Assembly (NCBI GenBank): GCA_963782115.1
Contig: CAWAIK010000005.1
Span: forward strand, 1-64,000
From: an uncultured Verrucomicrobiae bacterium
Lineage (GTDB): Bacteria; Verrucomicrobiota; Verrucomicrobiia; Chthoniobacterales; JAFAMB01
Length of the DNA stretch: 64,000 bases
Direction: 5' to 3'
Under the pieces are notes generated by a model. The model saw only the letters and a program-made list of their open reading frames with translations, searched no databases and was not told where the DNA came from. The position numbers and the translations under genes are program-made. Below are positions 11,082 to 21,327 of the stretch, piece by piece (positions within the stretch are counted from its first letter, which is position 1; the number at the start of each line of letters is the position of its first letter).

Positions 11082-11166
11082 GCCCTTTAGAGCTATCCAA
11101 AAGGATCGGTTCGCGCGATAGCCGGAAGAATTCAATAGTGGTAATGTTCCATTGAATTTAACTAAT
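11082..11166 (+). promoter_or_regulatory. 85-bp upstream block duplicated in inverted orientation at 13955..14039
   Basis: 78/85 identical by manual comparison; each copy lies just before a gene start. Confidence 0.75.
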
Positions 11167-11177
11167 CGAGTGTATTC

Positions 11178-12218
11178 ATGAATGAAAGTGTTAAAATGAT
11201 TCGTTTCTACAAGACGGGCGGATCGGAGGTGCTAAGGATCGACAAAATCAGGCTATCACAATTAAAAAAGGATGAAGTGTTAGTCAGGGTGCAGGCTGTT
11301 GCAGTGAGCCGGCCGGACCTTCTATGGCGGGAGGGCTCATATTTCGAAGAACCCGAGTTCCCAGCACGAATCGGATACGACGCCGCGGGCGTTGTCGAAT
11401 CGGTAGGTCCTGAAGTCAAAACACTGAAAGTGGGTGACCATGTTTCCACATTCCCGGCCGTATCGCTTCTGGACTACGCAGCGCACGGCGAGACAATCAT
11501 CTATCCTGAAAGCGCGCTGATTGTATATCCCAAAAGCCTGACACCTGTGCAAGCGGCTTCGGTCAACACAGGTTTGTTTAGTGCTTACTTCGCGTTACTG
11601 GAGCTCGCCTACCTGCAAAGGGATCAACACGTCGTCATTACCGCGGCGAGCTCTTCAATGGGAGTTGCAGCAATTCAAATGGCGAAAGCCATCGGTGCGA
11701 AAAGCATCGCTGTGACGCGTTCAGAGGCGAAGAAAGAAGCTTTGCTCGGGGCCGGAGCGGATCAGGTTATTGTGGCCGGCATTGAGGATGTCCAAGAAGC
11801 GATTCTCGAACTGACTGAAGGGCTCGGCGCGGAAGTGATTTACGATGCGGTTGCCGGCCCCGGACTCGAAGAACTTGTTTGGGCGACAAAGAGATCCGGC
11901 CATGTCATCGTTTACGGAAACCTTGGGGCAATGGAATACGGGACATTGCTGCCTCTTGGCGCATGCTTCCTGAGGGCTATCAAGGTATATGGCAGTTTCC
12001 GGGTTTTTGATTTCACCGGCCATCCCAGACTTGGTCTTCAAGCAAAGTCCGAAGCAATCGAACGCGCAAAGAAATTCATTTCCGACGGTCTGGCATCAAA
12101 ACTCTTTTCGGCAAAGATCGATCAAGTCTTCGTTGGATTGGATGAATATGCGGCCGCGCATCGTTACACGGAGACGAATGATCAGATCGGTAAGATTGCT
12201 ATTGCTTTGAGCAACTAG
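11178..12218 (+). CDS. MDR-family NADPH:quinone oxidoreductase-like protein
   Basis: DEVLVRV, IGYDAAGVVESVG, ITAASSSMG, QIGKI at the C-terminus; no Zn-ligand Cys cluster. Confidence 0.9.
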   Translation: MNESVKMIRFYKTGGSEVLRIDKIRLSQLKKDEVLVRVQAVAVSRPDLLWREGSYFEEPEFPARIGYDAAGVVESVGPEVKTLKVGDHVSTFPAVSLLDYAAHGETIIYPESALIVYPKSLTPVQAASVNTGLFSAYFALLELAYLQRDQHVVITAASSSMGVAAIQMAKAIGAKSIAVTRSEAKKEALLGAGADQVIVAGIEDVQEAILELTEGLGAEVIYDAVAGPGLEELVWATKRSGHVIVYGNLGAMEYGTLLPLGACFLRAIKVYGSFRVFDFTGHPRLGLQAKSEAIERAKKFISDGLASKLFSAKIDQVFVGLDEYAAAHRYTETNDQIGKIAIALSN

Positions 12219-12226
12219 TGGATCGA

Positions 12227-13936
12227 TCACAAATCCTGGGAATCCAAAACTCCGAGGTTGAGGAGTGGTCCTCTCGTTCTTCCCATGGTCACCTGTTTCC
12301 GGAACTGACCGAAGTCACGCGGAGTCGACATTCGGTTCGCCTTAACGTAGTGATGCGCGACCGGCCTTCCGTCGCCCAGGTGTCGAACGTCCATCCCCCA
12401 CGCTCGTTGTAAAATCTCACTTTCGGCTTTCGTCGCGCGTGCGTGCTGCCGCAAATGCTCTGCCCAAGAACTTACGACCTGTTCAACCCGGAACGTGCCG
12501 GGATTTTCCAGGCTCTCGTCAACATGGTAAAGAAAGGCGCCATTCCGCAACATGATCATCCGAACCTGATCCTGTAACGCCAGGAATTCTTCTCGGTCCT
12601 TCGGACGAATGATGTATTCCTGCACGATCGTCACGGGCCCGTCGTCCGGCTTCGGCGCCAACGGAAAATTGTGAAACCGGGTGTCTATAGGTGCCGGATC
12701 GAAGTTGAGGGATTGCGCGAAGTTGATAGAGAGCGGGATGGCCAACACCAGACTGGCTGCCAGGAGAATGGCGCCGCCCAGCAGCGTCTGACTCAGTCCG
12801 AGAGAAGTCGCTGACCAACCCCAAAGGATCCCGCCGAGCGCTACCCCGCCTTGTGACGCCATCATGTTCACCGCGTTCATACGCCCCCGGGCCCAATCAG
12901 GCATTGCCCGTTGAGATGCTATCCAAAGCTCCGATGCCGATACCGTCCAACTTATGCCGGCCAAGGCTGCAACGGGAAGAAAGATCCAGAGATTTGGAAC
13001 GACGGCCATGAGGACAAAAACCGCGACCAGAATGACGCTGGCCACAATCGTCAGCGTGTTCGGTGTGGCTTTGGCGCGAGCGTAAGGAAGCACCAAGATT
13101 GCACCAAGAAGCGATCCTATCCCCAGGCTGGTAAACACCAGTCCCAACTGACCCGCCTGAAGCCGCAAATGCTGAAAGGCGACTAGTGGCACTAGGGCGG
13201 GGACAACCGCAATAAAGAGACCGAATAAAGTATCCCGCGCCAAGATGACCTGCAACCCCGGTGTATACCGAACGTACCGTGCCGCGCTGGCAAACGACTC
13301 CAGAAAGTTTTCCAGGTGCGGCTGAGGCTGCCGCCGTTGGCGGTAATGCCGCACAATCATCAAGGCCGCAAACAGAAAGGCGAGAGCGTTGAGAGAAAAG
13401 AGCATCGCCGGTCCCGCGACCGGCAGAAGAAAGCCGCCCAAAGCCGGGCCCACGATTCCGCCCACGTTCATCTGTACGCCGCCCAGGGTGATTGCTGAAG
13501 GGAGTTCATCTTTTCCGACAACCTCCGGAACGATCGCCGCCCAGACAGGAGCATTAAAGGCAAAGCCGATCCCCAGCAAAAAAACCGTTGTCAGAATCAA
13601 ATACGGGTGGACCAGACGCAGCCAGGTGCAAACCGCAAGCAACCCTGCGGCGGCAGCTAACCAGAGATAGCTCCCAATAAAAAGTCTCTGCCGGTTGACT
13701 AAGTCGGAGATTGCTCCAGCCGGTAAGGTAAAAAGAAAGAACGGCAGCGAAGCGCTCGTGGCCATCAGCGATAGAAGGAATGGCGAGGCGCCCTGCGAAT
13801 TCACGAGCCACGTCGCCGCCGTGTCGTGGGCGGAGACGCAACAGCCAGAGATAAGGCTCGCTATCCAGAGCCAAACAAAGACCCGGTTCTTGAGCGCCAA
13901 CCAGACAGAGGTGTTTTGTTTTTGTTCGGTAGCCAC
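12227..13936 (-). CDS. MFS transporter (MFS_3/DUF894-like) with soluble C-terminal domain
   Basis: About 12 TM segments, PAGAISDLVNRQR, C-terminal GPVTIVQEY...SWAEHLRQH; GTG start chosen because the ORF-track TTG lies inside the duplicated promoter block. Confidence 0.88.
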   Translation of the reverse strand: MATEQKQNTSVWLALKNRVFVWLWIASLISGCCVSAHDTAATWLVNSQGASPFLLSLMATSASLPFFLFTLPAGAISDLVNRQRLFIGSYLWLAAAAGLLAVCTWLRLVHPYLILTTVFLLGIGFAFNAPVWAAIVPEVVGKDELPSAITLGGVQMNVGGIVGPALGGFLLPVAGPAMLFSLNALAFLFAALMIVRHYRQRRQPQPHLENFLESFASAARYVRYTPGLQVILARDTLFGLFIAVVPALVPLVAFQHLRLQAGQLGLVFTSLGIGSLLGAILVLPYARAKATPNTLTIVASVILVAVFVLMAVVPNLWIFLPVAALAGISWTVSASELWIASQRAMPDWARGRMNAVNMMASQGGVALGGILWGWSATSLGLSQTLLGGAILLAASLVLAIPLSINFAQSLNFDPAPIDTRFHNFPLAPKPDDGPVTIVQEYIIRPKDREEFLALQDQVRMIMLRNGAFLYHVDESLENPGTFRVEQVVSSWAEHLRQHARATKAESEILQRAWGMDVRHLGDGRPVAHHYVKANRMSTPRDFGQFRKQVTMGRTRGPLLNLGVLDSQDL

Positions 13937-13954
13937 GGTCAAGAGTGAATGTCT

Positions 13955-14039
13955 ATTAGTTAAATTCAATGGAACATTACCTGTATTGAATTCTTACGGC
14001 TATCGCGCGAAGTGATCCTTTTAGGTAGCTCTAAAGGGC
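13955..14039 (-). promoter_or_regulatory. Second copy of the 85-bp upstream block
   Basis: Reverse complement of 11082..11166; sits between the divergent MFS and response-regulator genes. Confidence 0.75.
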
Positions 14040-14129
14040 GATGTTCCGTGTGATCATTTGCCCTCGACAGCTATCGTCGGTGCTGGCAGAGTATTTTGTT
14101 TATTCAAAACGAGGAGCACCGATCAAATT

Positions 14130-14777
14130 ATGAGCTCTTCCCCAAAATCTTCGAAGAAAGAAATAAGGATCCTGATCGCAGATGATCATCCCGTTGTTCG
14201 CGAAGGATTAATGACGATCCTGGCGCTGCAGAACGATCTGAAAGTTGTGGGCCAAGCTCTGGACGGGGAGGAGGCTTGCCTGCTTTACGATGAGCTTTCC
14301 CCGGACATACTCATACTCGATCTTCGGATGCCGAAAAAGGATGGTCAGGAGGTTCTGACCGAGCTGATGTCGCGAAAGCCCCAGCCACGAATCATCGTGC
14401 TGACCAACTCCGCGAAAACAGAAGACCTGCGCCGCGCGTTAACTGCGGGAGCGAAAGGTTATCTCTTGAAGGGAGCGGAACCGCGGCAGGTCTGGGATAC
14501 CATTCGCGAAGTTTTCGCGGGAAAATCTTCGTTACCGCATGATGTCGCCGCGCAACTAGCGGACTCCATGGCGCAGCCGCAACTCTCCCAACGCGAACTT
14601 CAGGTTCTCAAGCAAATGGCCCTCGGCAAGAGCAATAAAGAAATCGGTCAGGTCCTTTACATCAGTGAGTTCACGGTGAAAAGCCACATGAAAGTTATTT
14701 TGAAAAAGTTGAATGCGATTGGCCGAACCGAGGCGATCGCGATCGCGTCTCAACGCGGGCTGATTAATCTCGGATAG
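14130..14777 (+). CDS. NarL/LuxR-family response regulator
   Basis: IADDH, LDLRMP (phospho-Asp), GYLLK; C-terminal LSQRELQVL...GKSNKEIG HTH. Confidence 0.93.
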   Translation: MSSSPKSSKKEIRILIADDHPVVREGLMTILALQNDLKVVGQALDGEEACLLYDELSPDILILDLRMPKKDGQEVLTELMSRKPQPRIIVLTNSAKTEDLRRALTAGAKGYLLKGAEPRQVWDTIREVFAGKSSLPHDVAAQLADSMAQPQLSQRELQVLKQMALGKSNKEIGQVLYISEFTVKSHMKVILKKLNAIGRTEAIAIASQRGLINLG

Positions 14778-14823
14778 GTGCGCCGCCCGGCAGGAGCAGG
14801 TCTAGCGTGATTGAGCTTTCAAG

Positions 14824-16089
14824 CTACAGGACTTCCAGCTTCTCTCCAGGAATCTGCTCCAGGCTCGCCTTATCGAAGCCCAGGTGCGCTTGAACGATTT
14901 CCGCCGGGGTACGTCGGAGCCATTGATTGAGCGAGACATCCTCCAAGATGTCCGAGGCGAACATCTCCAGGAAGACCACGTCGGTGTTGTCGGTGTTCTC
15001 GATATAGTGGCCGGCGTTGGAGGGGACGTAGCCGACGTCATTGGCGTGAAAGTCGACAGTGCGGGCATTGTCAACCGGGAAGAAGACGGTCATGCGTCCT
15101 TGGCCGCCGATCCAGAACTGCCATTCTGCGGCGTTCGGATGCCAATGCAACTCCCGCATTCCCCCCGGCTTGATCCTAACCAGGGCCGCGGCGACGTGCT
15201 TGGATGCAGGGAAATTTCGCGAATCGACGATGCGAATGTCGCCACCCTTGGTCGTCTTGGTTGGAGCCATCGATTTCAATTTGAAGGTGTATTGATACGG
15301 CGAGGCGACCGCACGGCCGCCGATTTCTTCCCTGTCTTGGGCCACCGTGTTGGTGGGTACCGTGCCGGGGAAGATATAGAGGGCTTCGGTCGGAAGCTTG
15401 GCTAGCGCGCTGCGGTCCAGCCCGAAATTCTTCATCAACACTTCGGGTGGCGTGTGCGCTAGCCATTCCGAGAGCAGCATAGTGCCATCCTCCGAAAAAA
15501 GCCCCTGGTTGAAGACGAGCAGAAATTCGGTACCGTCGGGGTCAAGGCCCTGGATGGAATGGGGATAGCCGGCCGGGAAGATCCAGAGGTCGCCCTCGCT
15601 GACATCGTCGATGAACATGGTGCCGTCGGGGTTCATCACGGTCACGCGGGCGTTGCCGTAGAGTACGTAGGCCCATTCATCCGCGGTGTGCCAGTGGAGT
15701 TCGCGGTAGCTGCCCGCGGTCAGGCGCATGTTGACGCCGGCGAGGTCCTTCGAGGAGGGCAGTTCACGCTGCGTGACCTCGTGGGTCCAGCCCCCTTCCT
15801 GGACGCGTTTTTTGACCAAGTCGAACGAATACCACAGCGGGACGACATCGCCGTGATCGGTTGCCGGCGGCATGTTCGAATCGGGATTCTCGTCCAGCAG
15901 CGGCTTGTTCTCCTGGCCGGGATCGTTGGAGGAGTGATCATGCTCCGCGGCCTGGGTACTAGCCCGTTCTTGCCCGTGGAGGGCAGTCACACCGGCCAGC
16001 GCCGACGCCGCGAGCACGGCGGAACCGGTTCTCAGGAATTTTCTGCGCGAAAAGGCTTCAACGATGAGGTCGTACTGTTTTGCGTTCAT
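14824..16089 (-). CDS. oxdC: Oxalate decarboxylase (Mn bicupin) with Tat signal
   Basis: Two RELHWH...EW cupin motifs, GYPHSIQG, lid FSEDGT; N-terminal SRRKFL. Confidence 0.88.
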   Translation of the reverse strand: MNAKQYDLIVEAFSRRKFLRTGSAVLAASALAGVTALHGQERASTQAAEHDHSSNDPGQENKPLLDENPDSNMPPATDHGDVVPLWYSFDLVKKRVQEGGWTHEVTQRELPSSKDLAGVNMRLTAGSYRELHWHTADEWAYVLYGNARVTVMNPDGTMFIDDVSEGDLWIFPAGYPHSIQGLDPDGTEFLLVFNQGLFSEDGTMLLSEWLAHTPPEVLMKNFGLDRSALAKLPTEALYIFPGTVPTNTVAQDREEIGGRAVASPYQYTFKLKSMAPTKTTKGGDIRIVDSRNFPASKHVAAALVRIKPGGMRELHWHPNAAEWQFWIGGQGRMTVFFPVDNARTVDFHANDVGYVPSNAGHYIENTDNTDVVFLEMFASDILEDVSLNQWLRRTPAEIVQAHLGFDKASLEQIPGEKLEVL

Positions 16090-16114
16090 AGTCTGGCGAC
16101 TCCCTTAGCAAGAT

Positions 16115-17123
16115 TTAAAGGGTCGCCGGCTCGCGCGCGGGCGGAGCCATGAATTCGGGGCCAACCGGATTCTTAATCGTTTCGCGCAGAATGCGGTCGA
16201 CCTCAGCATAATCGTCGCTGGACAGCTTCCAACCGAACGCCTCCTCCATTGCGTCAAGTTGACCGACATTTCGGGCGCCCCAAAGAGCGGTCATAGTTTC
16301 TCCCCGGTCAAGAATCCAACGGATCGCGAATGCCAGAAGGCTCTTCCCGTAATTCTCCCAGGCGTGCTGACCCAATCTATCGGCTGCTTTCAAGTATTCG
16401 GTAAAGCGCGGGTCGCTGGAATTTCGGGTCTTGAAGTCGCAAATCGTCGCCGTCAAACTTTCGATTGAGTCTCATGCTGCCCGATAGCAATCCACGACAA
16501 ATGGCTCCGTAGGACAGGACGAGATGCTTGTGTTGCAGAGCGTACGGTAGAACCTCGCTTTCGATCTGGCGCTCAAAGATGTTGTAGGGCGGCTGGGTGC
16601 TATGCAACGGTGCCACCCGCCTCCAAGCTTCCATTTGTTCTGGCGAATAGTTGCTAACCCCGAGGGCGAGAATCTTACCTTCGCGCTGAAGTTCCAGTAA
16701 GGTCTCGGCGGTGTCTTCGATTCGTACAAGCGGGTCCGGCCAATGCACCTGGTAAAGGTCGACCCGGTCGGTGCGAAGTCGCCGCAGGGAATCTTCTATC
16801 TCTTCGCGAATCCGCTGCGTTGTTGAATTACGGTAGACTTTCCCGTCGACCCATTCCAGGGCCACTTTCGTGGCCAGCACCGCTTTATCCCGGCGCCCTC
16901 CTTCCGCCAGAGCCTTCCCCACAATCTCTTCAGAGTGACCAAATCCGTACACCGGCGCGGTGTCTATCAGATTTATTCCTATATCCACCGCATGCTGAAT
17001 CGTCTTAATTGACTCAGCCTCATTGCTACCACCCCACATCCAACCTCCGATTGCCCAGGTTCCGAGGCCGATCCGAGAGATCGGTAAGGGAATATTATCG
17101 CACTTCACTGTTTCTATGTTCAT
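16115..17123 (-). pseudogene. Aldo/keto reductase (AKR11B/YhdN-like) with a one-base frameshift near 16410
   Basis: GLGTWAIGG, IDTAPVYG, ATK, QVHWPD; continues in 16115..16456 (PRFTEYL...VGPEFMAPP). May be a sequencing error. Confidence 0.85.
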
Positions 17124-17147
17124 TGTAAAATCTCTATTATTTCCACG

Positions 17148-17576
17148 TCAAAAATAACTCATCCGATTCAACTGTTCCTGGAGCTCCACTTCGACTGGAT
17201 CGGACCGCGTGTTGCTCAAGAGAAACACCAATTGCATTGGGCTCGAGCCAACCGGGACAGATCGCGGGTGAGGGATCTCATTATCGATTATCCACTCTGT
17301 GTCGTCGGGTAAATGATACATGACAAAGACGTGGCTGCCGCGGATATCGCTGTTAACGATATGCCATCTATAAAAGATTAGTTGACCGTGAATGCCATCA
17401 GCGGCCAGTCTCGAAGAAAGGGCGATTGCGTAGTCCATACATTGCCCATCTTTGGATTTACCCCGCACCGTTGGATCGCTGGCGAGCCGGTAGTGCAGAG
17501 GTTCTGCAACAGAGAATGCGCTCAGCGCTATGCAGGCAACGAGGCACACTGTGATTGGTGGAAGGCTCTTTGACAT
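17148..17576 (-). CDS. Exported transglutaminase-like cysteine peptidase-fold protein
   Basis: Signal peptide; GQCMDYA, SHVF, WIIDN give a Cys-His-Asp triad in BTLCP-like order. Confidence 0.65.
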   Translation of the reverse strand: MSKSLPPITVCLVACIALSAFSVAEPLHYRLASDPTVRGKSKDGQCMDYAIALSSRLAADGIHGQLIFYRWHIVNSDIRGSHVFVMYHLPDDTEWIIDNEIPHPRSVPVGSSPMQLVFLLSNTRSDPVEVELQEQLNRMSYF

Positions 17577-17600
17577 TTCTCTTACGGCGCGATAACTGAA

Positions 17601-17813
17601 TCAGTTTTGGCCACCTCCGTGATCACCCGTATCCAAACCCAGATACTCCCGTTTCGCAGGACTACCAGTCGATTTAGAGTGCCGGCAAAAGTTCCGAAGG
17701 GTACTTTGCGCACTTCCACCTCGCCCAATTTTGCGGTTACATTTTATGACCTCGCTCAATTCGATGATGCTCATGTTCGTTTTGGTGTTAGAATTAAAGT
17801 TCTGAAGCACCAT
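17601..17813 (-). pseudogene. Truncated paralog of the sigma-70 N-terminal extension
   Basis: LQNFNSNTKTNMSIIELSE...LDTG vs MQKLNINPKTTLSIVGFSE...LDTG of 30742..31737, with homologous upstream DNA. Confidence 0.6.
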
Positions 17814-18006
17814 AGCACCGAGCTAACGCTCGTTCTATGCTTCGCAAGAACGGTTCTTATTGATTCGTTCGAGCTAGTGCACCGTCTCATAAGTGGGAGG
17901 CATACCGCCGTCGGCGATTTGGCCGATTTTCAAGTCACGAGCGACGATCATACTTAGATCCGTTGTTGACTTCCCCAAGAGGCGACAACACAGCAAGGAG
18001 AGATAC

Positions 18007-18072
18007 GGTAGGGCGAAGCTCCGCCTGAGCCGGGAGCCACGCGACAACCCCGGCTCGGACGGAGCATCTACC
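18007..18072. repeat. GTAG-type REP-like palindrome
   Basis: ggtagggcgaagctccgcctgagccggg ... cccggctcggacggagcatctacc imperfect inverted repeat. Confidence 0.55.
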
Positions 18073-18438
18073 CGCAGCCTAACCGGAGACTCGCCCTCCT
18101 ATGGTCTCTTTCGCAAACGTACCGAAAAGCTGGGGTTTGCCGCCGGCTCGATCGTCTTCGATTCGTCGGGCTGAACGCATCTACCAGGCACATCTGGTCA
18201 CTCTCGGCTTCGCATTTGTTCTCGGCGGCTTCTTCTTATCAGAGTTTCCTGGTATCAGAAATTTGTTAGACCACTATCTGCTGAATCCATGGGCGGCGAT
18301 CGGTGGATCACTGGCGCTGCTCTTCCGGACGCCGTTAAGGGACTTTGTAACTCTGTAAGATCAATTTAACCACCCTTTTCGACTATAGAAATGCGTAATA
18401 ATTGGTGCTAATGATTTCCGCATTGAAAGACAAAAACT

Positions 18439-18660
18439 ATGAGAGCAAATATAAGTCTAAATACTCATACGTATCTTCAGTTGGTTTTGATCGTCCCGGC
18501 CATCGCGCTGTTGGGGCTTACGGGTTGTTCTACCGCCGACGGAACGGTCAGGCACAATTATACAGGCGGGTATGTACAGATTGCTCCACGCGCATATGAC
18601 TCCGAGAGCCGGAGTTTCGAGAGACCATGGCCCTTTGGTCCGGAATCCACCCAACAATAG
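18439..18660 (+). CDS. Small lipoprotein (73 aa), copy 1
   Basis: Lipobox LTG-C, C-terminal RSFERPWPFGPE; near-identical paralog at 31996 with frame conserved. Confidence 0.8.
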   Translation: MRANISLNTHTYLQLVLIVPAIALLGLTGCSTADGTVRHNYTGGYVQIAPRAYDSESRSFERPWPFGPESTQQ

Positions 18661-18748
18661 CCAGCAAACGGACGAGCCGTGCACTGTCAGAAAGTCATCG
18701 GTACGTTAACGACAATAGTAGTACCGCGGCCCGACGCAGTGCGAACGT

Positions 18749-20506
18749 TTAGTTGTGCGCCGATATTTTCGGCACGAGCCCGCATGTTGGAAAATCCGAA
18801 TCCTTCTCTGCTCGCCGCCTGAGAATCAGCCATGCCGGATCCGTTGTCGGTGACCTCAAGAACAAGGTTTGGTGGCTCGCATCGGAGGTTAACGCTGAAC
18901 GGCGTGCCTCAGATAGTCCGAATTGTGCCAGGTCGGATGCCCGTTCGACGTAGCTAAGGATATTATTGTCCCCCGCCTTAATAACCTCCTTAGCTGCACC
19001 CAGCTGCATCGAGATCCCGGTGAAAAACTGGGCTAGCGAGTCATGGATCTCGCCAGCTAACTGGTTTCGCTCCTCGAGAACGGCAGATTGTCTGGCGGTT
19101 TTCGCCAATCGGGTAAGCTGAATGGCCAGGCTGGCCTGGGTTGCTAAGGCTCTCGCTATTTCGAGCTCCTCAGGGTGAAAATCACGCTCCTCTGTAAAAC
19201 GAAAGGTCAATCGGCCGTTTACTTCGCCACCTGAACTCAAAGGAATAATCAATATGTTCGTTACACCGAGCCCGAGCAGATAAGAGAGGTGCCCCTCTGG
19301 TATTGGCGAATGCGGATCAAGAGTGCTGGTGATGGCGGTCGGCTGATCCAAAAAAAGGACAAAACGCTGTTCATCGATCGATACGTTCCGCCAGCCTTCG
19401 GGATACTTCGCTTCGGCGGGCGACATCACTCGGCCGTCTTGAAAGACGAGCTCCAGCGGCAAGGTGTTTTGCTCGAAGTTACGCACTCGCAACGTGGAAG
19501 AGACGGCACCCAACTGCCGGGTCATGGTAGCCATTACTTGAGCAAGGACGTCATCCAGACCACGCACCGAGGCTAGCGCATCGAGACATCCGCGGAGTGC
19601 TTCGTTCGCTCTCCCCAACTCGGCCGCACGCTGCAGCGCGAACGTCTCTCGCTCGCGTGCAAGGGCAGCTTGCATTTCCTGCGCGCGCTTCGACTCCGTA
19701 ATGTCTGTTGCGATGCCACAAACTCCATACGGTTTGCCGGTGCGGTCGCGCAGCAGAAATTTCACGGCGACATAGTGCCGTTCTCCCTCGATCGACGGCG
19801 CGGCTTGCTCATACTGAAGGGGGACGCCGGCTTCGATTACTTGTCGGTCGCTCCCGCGCGCCATTTGGGCGGCATTAAGAGGAAGAATGTCGAAGTCGGT
19901 TTTGCCGCGGATTTGGTCGCGTTGAACCTGGAAGCGGCGTTCAAATTCGCGGTTAATCAAAACGAAACGAAATTCGAGATCCTTGACGAAAACGACCGCC
20001 GTGGTGTTGTCGATAATGTCCTGGAGGCGTTCTTCGCTCTCGCGCAACGCCTCTTCCGCCCGATTTCGCTCGGCGTTCTCCGCGTGCAACGCCTCGTTGA
20101 TTCTCTTAAGCTCTTGAACTGTTCCGTCCAGTTCGTCGCGCGCGTGTCTGAGCGATTCTGTCGCGCTTCTTTGCGCGGCGCTCAGCAACCCGACAAAAAG
20201 GGCCGACAGTGCAAAAAGGAGAAGGCGCGGTATCTCCTTGATATCCACAGCCAACGAATTAACCGGAACCGCGAAGTAGTATTTGAAGGCCAGAACGGAC
20301 AGCGCCGTCGCGAGCAAGCCCGGCTTGAGTCCACCAAACCAGGCACCGAACATGACGGCACAAAGAAATAGCGATACAGGAGCGGTTACCAGAAAGATGT
20401 CCAGCCACCGTGAACCGATTAGCGCAACGGTAACCGACACAACGGCAACCCCGTACCTGGCAATCACAGGGCGGATGGACCACCGACGACGCTCCGACTT
20501 CGCCAT
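18749..20506 (-). pseudogene. Membrane (DUF4118-like)-PAS-GAF-HisKA_3 sensor kinase truncated before the HATPase domain
   Basis: TM helices, PAS, GAF, ERNQLAGEIHDSLAQ; homology to the 2022-aa kinase stops at EARRSA (about 18895), followed by unrelated read-through. Confidence 0.8.
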
Positions 20507-20740
20507 AGTTTTTCAAATCTGAAGCGAAAGACATCTTGAAGCAAGCCGGACCCGTCTCTCCAATTCGTCTCCAGGTCGAGATTTCGATGTCTTGCCCAGC
20601 AGATTGACAAATCAAAGAATTGCCGACGTGCAGAACGTCGCCGGTTTTTTAGATGAGGCGCAGAAACCGTGCCAGGACGAAGCCAACAGACGACGCCGTT
20701 AAGCTCATGCCGACCGAGGGGAAAGCGCCGGCCGTAGAGT

Positions 20741-20835
20741 CGATCTCATACGCACAGGCGGTACCCCCGGAAGTTGTAGCGAGATGACATGAGCCGACAG
20801 GCAGCAAACCCGTTGCTAGACTGTCGGCTGTATGT
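20741..20835 (+). ncRNA. Structured non-coding leader of the IS110 remnant (candidate bridge/seek RNA remnant)
   Basis: Two consecutive stems (atctc...gagat; agccgacag-gcagcaa...ttgctag-actgtcggct) directly upstream of the IS110 coding fragment. Confidence 0.35.
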
Positions 20836-20885
20836 TTAAGAATATCGACAACCAAACTATAGACGGTGAGGAGAAATCCTAGCCG

Positions 20886-20988
20886 GAAGTCATCAAATTA
20901 GGATTGGACCTGCACGCCAGACAGGTTACGGAGTGTGTCAACTGGATAGTTCAACACCCAAACTGCGCAGCAGTGGGATCCATGGAAA
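20886..20988 (+). pseudogene. IS110-family recombinase N-terminal fragment
   Basis: EVIKLGLDLHARQVTEC.QLDSSTPK.AQQWDPWK (DEDD first-Asp GxDxH motif), with frameshifts, cut by a MITE. Confidence 0.65.
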
Positions 20989-21327
20989 CTAGTGCACCGT
21001 CTCGCATATAATGGTGATGGCGTTGCGTTCAAAATGGGCCGTCGGCAAGGCACGAGGAGGGCGCATCCAGCACCAGTTTGACGTTTGTAGGTAGCGAGTT
21101 GGTTTGCGCGGCGAGCCGTCAAACTGGTGCTGGACGTAACTGACGAGCAACGCCGCCGCCGGCCCATTTTCAACGCAACGGCCGCGGCCGGTTGGCTGTT
21201 TTTCCGCGTTGCTCGCTCGACCCGTATGACTCAGATATGGGCGCTTTACCGCCAGTCCGGCTCGGAGCCGAAAAACAGCCAACTGACCTGCGGCGACATC
21301 ACCATTATATGCGAGACGGTGCACTAG
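20989..21327. mobile_element. MITE family 1 (339 bp, 31-bp perfect TIR, CTAG at both ends)
   Basis: ctagtgcaccgtctcgcatataatggtgatg ... catcaccattatatgcgagacggtgcactag; nested internal inverted repeats. Confidence 0.88.
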
